Origin: Pseudomonadota bacterium
GTDB lineage: Bacteria; Pseudomonadota; Alphaproteobacteria; CACIAM-22H2
Assembly: GCA_016201015.1 (NCBI GenBank)
Contig: JACQDQ010000167.1
Location: 1-41,535, forward strand
Reading direction: 5' to 3'
DNA length: 41,535 nucleotides
Position 1 is the stretch's first letter; the number at the start of each line of letters is the position of its first letter. The position numbers and the translations under genes were made by a program. A model generated the notes under the pieces. That model was given only the letters and a program-made list of their open reading frames with translations. It searched no databases and was not told where the DNA came from. Shown one piece after another: positions 1 through 8,850 of this stretch.

Positions 1-781
1 ATCCGGCGACCTCGACCGTGGTGCCGACATCGGCGGCATTCCGCGCGCGCGCTGTCAGAAGATTCATCTTCGGGCTGCCGATGAAGCCGGCAACGAATTT
101 GTTGGCCGGTCGATTGTAGAGGTCGAGCGGCTGTCCGACCTGTTCGATGCGCCCGGAGCGCAGCACGACGATCTTATCGGCCATTGTCATCGCCTCCACC
201 TGATCGTGCGTCACGTAGATCATGGTCGAGCCGATATCCTGATGGAGCTTGGCGATCTCGACCCGCATCTGCACGCGCAATTCGGCATCGAGGTTCGACA
301 GCGGCTCGTCGAACAGGAAAATGCGCGGCTCGCGCACGATCGCTCGGCCGATGGCGACGCGCTGGCGCTGGCCGCCGGACAACGCCTTCGGCTTGCGGTC
401 GAGCAAGGCTTCGATCTGCAGGATCCGGGCCGCCTTGCGCACGCGCATGTCGATCTCGGCCCGCGGGAGACGAGCGGTTTCGAGGCCGAAGGCCAGATTC
501 TTATAGACGGTCATGTGCGGATAGAGCGCGTAGGACTGGAATACCATCGCGATCCCGCGCTGGGCGGCGGGCATTTCGTTCATGCGCGAGCCGTCGATGA
601 AAAGCGTGCCGTCGCTGATCTCCTCGAGCCCGGCGATCATGCGCAGCAGAGTGGATTTGCCGCAGCCCGAGGGACCGACGAAGACGACGAATTCGCCGGG
701 CGCGATGTGGAGATCGACGCCGTGGATCACCTCCACTTCGGCGTAACGCTTGCGGATTCTCTCAAGATCTATGCTGGTCAA
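1..781 (-). CDS. Carbohydrate ABC transporter ATP-binding protein (MalK/UgpC family), 3' end beyond window edge
   Basis: Absent from the ORF track. Manual translation from TTG at 781 gives [24 protein letters not shown]...GPSGCGKST (Walker A), [36 protein letters not shown] and [10 protein letters not shown]. Confidence 0.95.
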   Translation of the reverse strand, partial: MTSIDLERIRKRYAEVEVIHGVDLHIAPGEFVVFVGPSGCGKSTLLRMIAGLEEISDGTLFIDGSRMNEMPAAQRGIAMVFQSYALYPHMTVYKNLAFGLETARLPRAEIDMRVRKAARILQIEALLDRKPKALSGGQRQRVAIGRAIVREPRIFLFDEPLSNLDAELRVQMRVEIAKLHQDIGSTMIYVTHDQVEAMTMADKIVVLRSGRIEQVGQPLDLYNRPANKFVAGFIGSPKMNLLTARARNAADVGTTVEVAG

Positions 782-943
782 TGGCGGATCGTTCCCATTG
801 GCGACTGTTGAGCGGATGCTTGGATAGGCCGGGCGGGGCGCCGGCTTCGACACTTCGGATGGCGAACGCCGAGGCGAGCGGCGTGCGGCCAGTCGCGCGG
901 TCGATGATCGGGGCGGTCTTCAGAAGTCCCTCACGTTTCCTGG

Positions 944-1825
944 TCAACGCTTGAGGCCGGTCGTGGCAACGCCTTCGATCAGCAGGCGCTGGAAGAACAA
1001 GAAGAACGCCACGACCGGCACGAGAACTAGCACCGACATGGCGAACAGCGCCCCCCAGTCGGACTTGCCGCTCGAGTCGACGAAGGCGCGCAGGCCGAGC
1101 TGGACCGTGTAGGAGCCGATGTCGTTCAGGTAGATGAGCGGGGCAAAGAAATCGTCCCAGGTGAAGATGAAGGTGAAGATCGCCGCCGTTGCCAGCACCG
1201 GCAGCGACAGCGGCAGAATCACCTTGCGGTAGATCCGCCACGGGCTGCAGCCGTCCATCATCGCCGCCTCGTCGAGCTCACGCGGTATGCCACGGAAGAA
1301 CTGAACCATCAAGAAGATGAAGAAGGCGTCGGTCGCCATGTACTTGGGCACGACGAGCGGCAGGATGGTATCGACCCAGTCAAGGCTGAGGAAGAGGATG
1401 TATTGCGGGATGAGGGTGACGTGATAGGGCAGCATCAGCGTGCCGAGCATCAGGGCGAACCAGAAATTCTTGCCCTTGAAGCGCAGGCGGGCAAAGGCAT
1501 AGGCCGCCAGCGAGCACGACAGCACGTTGCCGATGACACAGAGGACCGAGATGACCAGGGAATTCCAGAAGAACCGGCCGAAGCCGATCTTCAACCCCGA
1601 CCAGCCCCGCACATAGGCGTCGAAATCAAGGCGCGACGGCCAGATCGACATGCTCGAGAAAATCTCGTTCTCGGGTTTGCACGAGCTGGCAAGCATCCAC
1701 AGCAGTGGATAGAGCATCACCAATGACGTGCCGCATAGCAGCAGGTGGATGCCGAGCGAGAGAGCGCGGGCCCTCACCACCGTTCCCGATCCCACGATCG
1801 GTCGGCGGTGCATGCCGTCAGTCAT
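944..1825 (-). CDS. Carbohydrate ABC transporter permease (MalG-like)
   Basis: Several hydrophobic helices; EAA loop 'ELDEAAMMDGCSPWRIY'; start overlaps the stop of the upstream permease. Confidence 0.93.
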   Translation of the reverse strand: MTDGMHRRPIVGSGTVVRARALSLGIHLLLCGTSLVMLYPLLWMLASSCKPENEIFSSMSIWPSRLDFDAYVRGWSGLKIGFGRFFWNSLVISVLCVIGNVLSCSLAAYAFARLRFKGKNFWFALMLGTLMLPYHVTLIPQYILFLSLDWVDTILPLVVPKYMATDAFFIFLMVQFFRGIPRELDEAAMMDGCSPWRIYRKVILPLSLPVLATAAIFTFIFTWDDFFAPLIYLNDIGSYTVQLGLRAFVDSSGKSDWGALFAMSVLVLVPVVAFFLFFQRLLIEGVATTGLKR

Positions 1826-2753
1826 CGTAATGCACCCAGTATCGTGCGGTGATGAACGAGACTGCCGTGAAAAAGGCGATGATCAGCACCAGAACCCAGG
1901 CCAACGCCGCGGCATAACCCATGCGGAAATAGGCGAAGGCCTCTTGGTAAAGATACAGCGTGTAGAACAGCGTCGACCTGACCGGGCCGCCGGTACCCTC
2001 GCTGATGATGAAGGCGGGAGTGAACGCCTTGAAGGCATCGATCGTCTGCACGATGGCGTTGAAGAAGATGACGGGGGTGAGCAGCGGCAGCGTTATCTTG
2101 AAGAACTGGCGCCGCTTGCTGGCACCCTCGAGGCTTGCCGCCTCGTAGACGTCGTGCGGGATCTGCCGCAAGCCGGCGAGGAAGATGATCATCGGCGAGC
2201 CGAACTGCCAGACGCTGAGAACAACCAGGGTATAGATCGAATAGTCGGGATCTGAGATCCAGCTTGGGCCGTGGATGCCGACCAGCGCGAGGACCTTGTT
2301 GACGAGCCCATCGCCGGAAAATAGTTTCCGCCACAAGACGGCGATCGCAACGCTCGCCCCGAGCAGCGAGGGGAGATAGAAGATCGCGCGATAGAGCGGC
2401 AGGCCGCGGATGCCCTTGTTCAAGGCCATGGCGACGGCGAGCGCGAAGCCGAGCTTCAAGGGCACCGCGAACGCAACGAAGAAGAACGTGACCTTGAGCG
2501 AGGCGATGAAGCTCACATCGTTCGTTGCAATCCGCACGTAGTTCGCGGCGCCGATCCAACGCGGGGCTTGGATCAGATCGAAACTGGTGAAAGACAGGAA
2601 AAGCGAGGCGAGCGTCGGCCCGGTGGTGAGGCAGAAAAACCCCGCGAACCAGGGAAGCAGGAATAGGTAGGCCCGCGTATCGTTGGCCGAAGCCCGCGAC
2701 ACGCGGCTCCTACGGACAAGACGCCGTGCACCAATGGCGCCAGCGCTGTGCAC
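1818..2753 (-). CDS. Carbohydrate ABC transporter permease (MalF-like)
   Basis: EAA loop 'VYEAASLEGASKRRQFFKITLP'; C-terminal 'YQEAFAYFRMGYAAALAW'. Confidence 0.93.
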   Translation of the reverse strand: MHSAGAIGARRLVRRSRVSRASANDTRAYLFLLPWFAGFFCLTTGPTLASLFLSFTSFDLIQAPRWIGAANYVRIATNDVSFIASLKVTFFFVAFAVPLKLGFALAVAMALNKGIRGLPLYRAIFYLPSLLGASVAIAVLWRKLFSGDGLVNKVLALVGIHGPSWISDPDYSIYTLVVLSVWQFGSPMIIFLAGLRQIPHDVYEAASLEGASKRRQFFKITLPLLTPVIFFNAIVQTIDAFKAFTPAFIISEGTGGPVRSTLFYTLYLYQEAFAYFRMGYAAALAWVLVLIIAFFTAVSFITARYWVHYDD

Positions 2754-2756
2754 GCC

Positions 2757-4049
2757 TCACCCTCGGGCTAGAATCGACTGTGCTTCCTCAATGAACTGCT
2801 TGCCGGCAGCGTTCACCGTCGTGCGGGCGAAGCCGACCTCTTCATTGATCCGGCGCAGCGTCCGCTGGATCTCGCCGGCGCCGTTAGGCGGCGGCGCGGG
2901 CAACGGCCCCACCCGGTCCGAGACAAGCGAGATGTACCTGATGCTTTGCTGATCGAGCTCATTGAGGTCCGGGGTGATAAATTTGCGCATCGCGGCCGAG
3001 GCCGGGACGCCGCGCTCGACTGTCAAGACCTTCGCCGCCTCCTGGTCCTCGACGAAGAAATTGACGATACGCGCCGCCTCCTCATTGAATTTGGTCCGCG
3101 CGTACACGCTCCACATCTGGGACGGCTTGAGATATTGCCCCGGCTTCGCCCCTGGGCCGCCGGTCGGATACATCGTCATCGACAGTTTCTGCGGATTGAG
3201 CGTTTGGTAGCCGACGAGCAGGTTCGAGTGCTCGAACGCGGTCGCCGCCTTGCCGAGCGACAGCATGGCGCTGTCGTTGCTGCCCCGATCGAGGGCCTGT
3301 ACGTCCGGCGGCACGCAGGCCTTGCGCTTGCGCATATCGTCCCAATAGCCGTACCACTCGGCTATGTCTTTCGCGTCGAAGCCCAGTTTGCCTTCCGGCG
3401 TATAGAGCGCCTTGCCGCGCTGCCGCATCCATATCTCGAGTCCCGGCTCGACGCCGCCGCCGTCCTGACTGCCCCAAAAGCCTTCCTTCTTGGTCGCCTT
3501 GGTGAGTTCGGCGCAGATTTCGGCGAATTGCGCCCATGTGGTCTCGTGCGTCGGCGGGTTGACGCCCGCCGCTTCGAATGCCGTCTTGTTATAGAGGATC
3601 GCGGTCGAGTTGAGGCCGAGACTCACGCCATAGACCTTGCCGTCGACGCGGCCGCTGTCGATTGCGTCCTTGCCGAAATCGGCGATGTTGAGGACCGCCG
3701 GCATGAACTCGTCGAGCGCCAGCAGCGCGCCGCGCCGCGCATATTCGAAGATGTAGCGGTAGTCCATCTGAATGATGTCGGGAGCGTTGCGGCCGGCTGC
3801 CTGCGTCGCGAGTCGTGGCCAGTAATCGCCCCAACTCAGCGTCTCGCCATCGATCTTCACTCCCGGGTTGCGAGCGGAATACAGGTCGTTAACCTTGAAG
3901 GTTCGTTCGGCGCGTTCCCTTGAGCCCCACCAGTACATGCGCAACCGCTTTTCCTGCGCGACGGCGGCGGGGACACCACTCGCAGTGAGCGCCAGTGCGC
4001 TGGCGCCGGTCTTGAGCAGCGTTCGCCTGTCGATAAAGGCTGTCGTCAT
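2757..4049 (-). CDS. Sugar ABC transporter substrate-binding protein (family 1) with Tat signal
   Basis: ATG at 4049 follows a GGAGG RBS; Tat motif 'DRRTLLK' and AVA cleavage site; 'LRMYWWGS...APDIIQMD' is typical of oligogalacturonide/YesO-like binding proteins (substrate inferred). Confidence 0.9.
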   Translation of the reverse strand: MTTAFIDRRTLLKTGASALALTASGVPAAVAQEKRLRMYWWGSRERAERTFKVNDLYSARNPGVKIDGETLSWGDYWPRLATQAAGRNAPDIIQMDYRYIFEYARRGALLALDEFMPAVLNIADFGKDAIDSGRVDGKVYGVSLGLNSTAILYNKTAFEAAGVNPPTHETTWAQFAEICAELTKATKKEGFWGSQDGGGVEPGLEIWMRQRGKALYTPEGKLGFDAKDIAEWYGYWDDMRKRKACVPPDVQALDRGSNDSAMLSLGKAATAFEHSNLLVGYQTLNPQKLSMTMYPTGGPGAKPGQYLKPSQMWSVYARTKFNEEAARIVNFFVEDQEAAKVLTVERGVPASAAMRKFITPDLNELDQQSIRYISLVSDRVGPLPAPPPNGAGEIQRTLRRINEEVGFARTTVNAAGKQFIEEAQSILARG

Positions 4050-4460
4050 CTGGCTTCCTCCCATTTGCGTGCGCGTCTGCCGCTAGCGCATCGTTTGCCG
4101 GTATCTAATCCTATCACTCGAGGCGGCCGGTCATCGACTCACGCAACCCCCCGTCTTCAGGAATTCGGCCAGCCAAGCGCAGCGACCGCGACAACCATGT
4201 TGATATTATCATCCTGCAACGCGCCGGTCAGCCCTCGGCGGCGTTGTCGCGCTGTGTTCGCGGTCTACGGGGGAGGCGGACGGAATCGCAGCTTAAGCAG
4301 CAGCACCGGCCCGTCTCGCACGAGACGTCAAGACGGCGCGTTAGACAATATAGGCAGGAAATCAGTGTGGGCGGTCCGTGTCTTGATCATCGACGGACAC
4401 TATGCCGCCGCTCGCCCTCAGCCAGCCGGCAGCCGCGTCCATCCCCTTTGAGCCAGCCGC

Positions 4461-6419
4461 TCACTCTCCGGGCGGCTTCTTCTCCTTCGACTTCTGATTG
4501 TTCGGCCCATTCGAGTGCTGCCCGCCGCCATGCGCCGGCGACTGCACGCTCGGCTGAACGCCCTGCGGCTGCGGCCCACGTTGCTGCGCACCCGGCTGAG
4601 CGGCCTGCTGTGGCGGTTGCGGTTGACGCGACCAACCCTGCGGCGTCGGCCTGATCTGCGTTTGCTGCTCAATGTGCCGGGCCGCCGCTGTCGGCGCCCC
4701 GGTCCCGGCTTGCGCGTGCCCGTTATCCACCGGCGGCTTAGCGGCGGTCGCGGGTTGCGGCGTCGCGGCGTGTGTCGTCGTGCCCGAATGGGCAATCGGC
4801 GGGCCGGGTGCAACGGTGGAAGACGGCTTCGCCTGCGGCCCCGCGGGCAGCGATGCCGGCGCTGTGGGTCCGCTATGCGCGAGTCCCTGCCCGCCGGTCG
4901 CGCCTGGCGCGGCGGCGCTCCGGTTGATTCTCGGCCCCGGAGATTTCGGTACAACCGGCACCTGCGGAACGGAGGTCGCACCGGCAGCGGTCGTACCCCC
5001 GGTCGGTGGTGTATTTGCGGCAACCGGTCCGTTCGCAACGGTGGCTGACGTGTTTGGACCGGGCAGATTCGTGGCGGCAGACACGGCAACCCCGGCCTTC
5101 GCCGCGGCGCTTGGTTGCAGGTGGCCGACATTCTCCGTCACCGGGACCCGGGCGAGCTGCTCGCGGGGCAACGTCAGCGTCGCGTTGCGCACCGACGCTG
5201 CGTTGGTGAAGGCGGTCGCCGGTACGACCGTCGTCGCCTGCTGATTGACGAACTTTGTGACGGTCACGTTGTTAGTGACGGAATTGACATTCGTAATGTT
5301 GTTGATGACCGTCGCGTGGACGCTGGTGACGTTGACATTCCGCACATAGGCCACGCTTGCCGGATAATAGGGGCGGAAGACCTCGAACGGCGCCAGCGGT
5401 ACCCACCCAACGGCCACGAACGGGTTGGCACCGATCGCAATGGAAACACCCCAGTGAGCGCCACCGACGAATGCGACGAGCGCCGGCGCGTAGACCGGTC
5501 GCTCAACGAGCACGCCTGGGCTCCAGGCCCAGACGCCGTCGATCAAGACCCAGCGGCCGTAATGGAAGGGCGCAAAGCCCCAGGGCGCATCGTCGACCCA
5601 GGTCCAGCCCCACGGCGGTACGAAGGCCCAGTGGCCGAAGCGATAGGGCGCCCAGCCTACCGGCACCGCCGTCGGATACCAGACCGGCCCGTAGGTCGGC
5701 ACGGTGTGCCAGCGACCATTGGCATCGAGATCCTGGTAGCCAGTCATGTGCGGCGAGACGTAGCGGCTCGTCTCCGACGCAACTTCGCGGCGCTCACGCG
5801 CCAGCGCCCAGTTGTCGAAGGGCGTCGCGTTGCCCTCCACCAGGGTGAAGGTCACCGGATCGCCGCTGATGACGGCACTCTCGCCCGGCAGAATCTCAAG
5901 CGTCGCGCGCGGACCGTTGACCCGCGCCTGGCCTTCCAGCACCGTGACTTTGACCTGCTCGGTCGGCGCCTCGCCGTTCGGATGCCCGGCATCGACATTG
6001 TAGCTGCCCGCCTGCAGCAAGTTCACGTCGCCACGCGGCGTTTGCACCTGCATTCCGCCGGGCGGCACCGTGTGCAGATGGACATTGACGATGCCCTGGT
6101 TGACGCGGAATTGCGTCGCCGAATCGTCGAGGCGAAGCATGTCGACCGCGGTCGTCTGATCCATGCGGATTTCCGCCGCACCGACCTGGATTTCCGTCCG
6201 AGCGTTCGGCTCGGTCCAGAGCGAGTTCCCCGACGTCACTGGAAAGTTCAATGTCGCCGGCGACCATTGCTCCTGGTCGGCCGCATGGAACGACACCGTG
6301 CCTTCCGTGTAGCTGAGCCGTCCGGCATGGCCGGGCGGATCGGCAAGGGCAGCGGCGCCGCCGCCGAGCAGGATGAGCGTTGCTGCGGCGAGGCGGCGTG
6401 TCATCGGCATGGCAGACAT
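4461..6419 (-). CDS. Secreted protein with FecR-like N-terminal region, DUF6600-like aromatic domain and Pro/Ala/Gln-rich tail
   Basis: Signal peptide ending 'AAALA'; 'GRLSYTEGTVSF'; DUF6600-type motif 'WAPYRFGHW...WGWTWVDDAPWGFAPFHYGRW'; about 200 aa of low-complexity C-terminus. Start could be 6443, 6419, 6410 or 6404. Confidence 0.85.
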   Translation of the reverse strand: MSAMPMTRRLAAATLILLGGGAAALADPPGHAGRLSYTEGTVSFHAADQEQWSPATLNFPVTSGNSLWTEPNARTEIQVGAAEIRMDQTTAVDMLRLDDSATQFRVNQGIVNVHLHTVPPGGMQVQTPRGDVNLLQAGSYNVDAGHPNGEAPTEQVKVTVLEGQARVNGPRATLEILPGESAVISGDPVTFTLVEGNATPFDNWALARERREVASETSRYVSPHMTGYQDLDANGRWHTVPTYGPVWYPTAVPVGWAPYRFGHWAFVPPWGWTWVDDAPWGFAPFHYGRWVLIDGVWAWSPGVLVERPVYAPALVAFVGGAHWGVSIAIGANPFVAVGWVPLAPFEVFRPYYPASVAYVRNVNVTSVHATVINNITNVNSVTNNVTVTKFVNQQATTVVPATAFTNAASVRNATLTLPREQLARVPVTENVGHLQPSAAAKAGVAVSAATNLPGPNTSATVANGPVAANTPPTGGTTAAGATSVPQVPVVPKSPGPRINRSAAAPGATGGQGLAHSGPTAPASLPAGPQAKPSSTVAPGPPIAHSGTTTHAATPQPATAAKPPVDNGHAQAGTGAPTAAARHIEQQTQIRPTPQGWSRQPQPPQQAAQPGAQQRGPQPQGVQPSVQSPAHGGGQHSNGPNNQKSKEKKPPGE

Positions 6420-6610
6420 CGGAGAACCTCTTCCTTGCGGCATTTGCGACGAACGGCGTCGACGCCATTCCCCGAGTTCTCCCCCGAAGTCGCCTTGCGC
6501 AAGGCGGGCGGCCCGAACTACGAGGAAAGGTCATCACGCTCGGCTCTCAGTCGACAACAAGGAACTTGGTGGTCCTATTCCGCCGCGTGGCGTGATCATT
6601 CCGGGCGGCG

Positions 6611-6629
6611 CTGTGACATCTCTGTGACA
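6611..6629 (-). promoter_or_regulatory. 11-bp-period direct repeat (OmpR/PhoB-type box candidate)
   Basis: Minus strand reads TGTCACAG-AGA-TGTCACAG, about 190 bp upstream of the DUF6600 gene; resembles the Pho box CTGTCAT-N4-CTGTCAC. Confidence 0.4.
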
Positions 6630-6678
6630 CGCGCCGTTCGACGCCACTCTCTGTCCGCGCGGCAGCTTCGCCGTCCGC

Positions 6679-7497
6679 TTAGCCGGGCATTTGCTCCGGG
6701 TGATGGCCGACGCGGAAATCGTTGCATCCGCTGCGATCGACACCGCGCAGCAACCAGATCGGCCTTGCGGCGAAGTCGACCGTATAGCCGCTCGCCGCAG
6801 TTCGCGGCATCAGCCCCCGGTCGAAATGCGAGGTCGCCGGCATGTAGCGAATGGCCACGCCGGCCCGCCGTTGCGGCGAGCGGTTCGCGTTGGAGCCATG
6901 GATGAGGTAGACGTCGTGCATGGACATCTCGCCGGCTTCGAGCTCCACATCGAACGCCGCGCCCGGATCGAACGCGCCGGCCTTCACCGTCTGCGTCAGC
7001 ACCACATCGGCGCGGTCCTCGCGCATGTGGTCGTAAAGCCGCCGTTCGCAATGCGAGCCGGGAATCACCCGGAGGCAGCCGTTCTCCACTGTCGAGGCGT
7101 CGAGCGCGATCCACACCGTGCATGTCGCCAGCGGCCGGATCGGCCAGTAATGCCCGTCTTGGTGCCACGGCACCGCCATGCCGTCGCCGCCGGGCTTACA
7201 AAAGATTTGGCAACCCCACAGGATGATGCCGGAGCCGATCAGCTGCGCGACCATGTCGAGGATGCCGGGATCGCGCGCGAGATCGAGGAAGTCGCGGCTG
7301 CCGCGCACGCCCTCGCCGTTCTCGCCCTCGATATGCGCGCTCACCAACCGCTCGGGCCGAACGGTAGGATTCTCCGCGATGAGGCGGTCGAGCGTGCGGC
7401 GCAAGCCATCCACCCTCGCCGCCGGCAGCCGCAGGGCGGGAACGACGATTCCGGTAGCGTGATAGCGTTCGATGTCGGGCTGCGACAAGCGAAGCAT
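6679..7497 (-). CDS. Phytanoyl-CoA dioxygenase (PhyH) family Fe(II)/2-oxoglutarate dioxygenase
   Basis: 'FCKPG...WHQDGHYW' (HxD), 'WIALD..TVENGCL.VIPGSH', distal 'HGS' and 'RRAG'. Confidence 0.92.
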   Translation of the reverse strand: MLRLSQPDIERYHATGIVVPALRLPAARVDGLRRTLDRLIAENPTVRPERLVSAHIEGENGEGVRGSRDFLDLARDPGILDMVAQLIGSGIILWGCQIFCKPGGDGMAVPWHQDGHYWPIRPLATCTVWIALDASTVENGCLRVIPGSHCERRLYDHMREDRADVVLTQTVKAGAFDPGAAFDVELEAGEMSMHDVYLIHGSNANRSPQRRAGVAIRYMPATSHFDRGLMPRTAASGYTVDFAARPIWLLRGVDRSGCNDFRVGHHPEQMPG

Positions 7498-7589
7498 GCC
7501 GCGTTCTCCTCGACTCGTTCTAGCACATGACCGCGTTCATGACGGGGGATGATGCGGCGTCGGGTCCGGCCCGGGTTGAGTCCGGCGCC

Positions 7590-8699
7590 CTAGCGGCGGA
7601 GCACCTCTTTCAGCGCCGCCAGCACCGCGTCAGTGTCCTCTGCCGTCCCTGCCGTGATACGGATGAACGTGTCGTAACCGGGCATGCGCCAATTGGCAAT
7701 GATGATCCCACGATCGGCAAGGGCAGCGAGCACTGGCGCGGCGGGGTGGCCGATATCGGCCGAGATGAAATTGGTAACCGTCGGCAGCGGATTCAGGCCC
7801 AGCGTGATGAGGCCGGAGGCCAGCCGCGCTATCTCGCGCTGGCACCCGGCAATCAGCGCGTCGCGATATTCAGGCTCTTTCAGAGCGGCCAGAGCCGCGG
7901 CATAGGCCAGCTCGCTAACCGCGAAGGCCTGACGGACCTTGCGGTACTGCACAGCCGTCGCCGGCGAGTCGCACAACGCGTAGCCGACGCGCATGCCGGC
8001 GATGGCATAGGCCTTGGAGAAGGTGCGCAACACCGCCCACGGCGCCGCCCGCCGCTTCAGCGGCACGAACACGTCCGGCGCACCCGCCGCTTTGGCGAAC
8101 TCGAAATAGGCTTCGTCGAACACCAGCAGCACATGCGCCGGCACGGCATCGACGAGCCGCGCAAGCTCGGCGGCGCTCAACATGCCGCCGGTCGGATTGT
8201 TCGGATTGCAGCAGAACAACACGCGCGTGCGCGGCGTGACCGCCGCCGCCAACGCGTCGACGTCGTTGGCGCCGCCGGCGGCGGTTTTCACCTGCACCGG
8301 CCGCCCGCCTAGCAGCAGCGTCGACATCTGGTAGCGCTGGAAGCTCGGGACCGGCATCACCGCCTCGTCGCCCGGATCGAGCGTGATCATGCAGCTCGCA
8401 TGCAGCAGCTCCTCGCTGCCGTTGGCAAAGGTGATGCAATCGGCCGGCACGCCGGTCTGCTCGGCCAGTGCGGACGCCAGGCTGGCGCTGACCGGCTCGG
8501 GATAGCGGTTGGAACCGCGCGCCGCCGCATCGATCGCGACGATCACCGCCGGTGACGGCGGCAGCGGACTTTCGTTCAGATGCAGCACCCGCGCTTTGGC
8601 GCCGCCGGGACGCCGCCAAATCTGCGATGCCGCCGTCGGCCCCGGAGAGGCCGGAATCGCAGCAATCGCCGGCCGAAACGGGCCGGTGGTGGTCGTCAT
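7590..8699 (-). CDS. Histidinol-phosphate transaminase-like PLP aminotransferase (class I/II)
   Basis: 'LHLNESP', 'NRYPE', 'NPNNPTG', 'DEAYFEF', 'RTFSKAYAIAGMRVGY' (PLP lysine). Not in a his operon, so probably a paralog. Confidence 0.9.
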   Translation of the reverse strand: MTTTTGPFRPAIAAIPASPGPTAASQIWRRPGGAKARVLHLNESPLPPSPAVIVAIDAAARGSNRYPEPVSASLASALAEQTGVPADCITFANGSEELLHASCMITLDPGDEAVMPVPSFQRYQMSTLLLGGRPVQVKTAAGGANDVDALAAAVTPRTRVLFCCNPNNPTGGMLSAAELARLVDAVPAHVLLVFDEAYFEFAKAAGAPDVFVPLKRRAAPWAVLRTFSKAYAIAGMRVGYALCDSPATAVQYRKVRQAFAVSELAYAAALAALKEPEYRDALIAGCQREIARLASGLITLGLNPLPTVTNFISADIGHPAAPVLAALADRGIIIANWRMPGYDTFIRITAGTAEDTDAVLAALKEVLRR

Positions 8700-8789
8700 G
8701 GAATACGCTCCTTGAAATCCGCGCGAGAGTTCAGGCGATCAAGAATATCTGCTGATTTGATTGGCGTCGTGCGTTGGATTGTACCGAAA

Positions 8790-8842
8790 CAATTCGAATC
8801 GAATGCGCAGGCGGCGGTCGCGACGTCCAATTCGATACGAAT
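8790..8842. promoter_or_regulatory. Two copies of the palindrome ATTCG-N3-CGAAT (candidate operator pair)
   Basis: CAATTCGAATCGAAT at 8790-8804 and CAATTCGATACGAAT at 8828-8842, in the AT-richer gap upstream of the aminotransferase. Confidence 0.5.
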
Positions 8843-8850
8843 ACCGCCCG

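Noticed and set aside
782-943. Small gene or remnant between permease and ATPase
   Set aside because: No convincing start, RBS or recognisable motif in any frame.
4461-5110. Tandem DNA repeat or CRISPR-like array
   Set aside because: Low-complexity Pro/Ala/Gln coding sequence with no regular repeat-spacer structure.
6679-7497. Fe/2OG halogenase
   Set aside because: The HxD carboxylate is retained (WHQD); halogenases have HxG or HxA.
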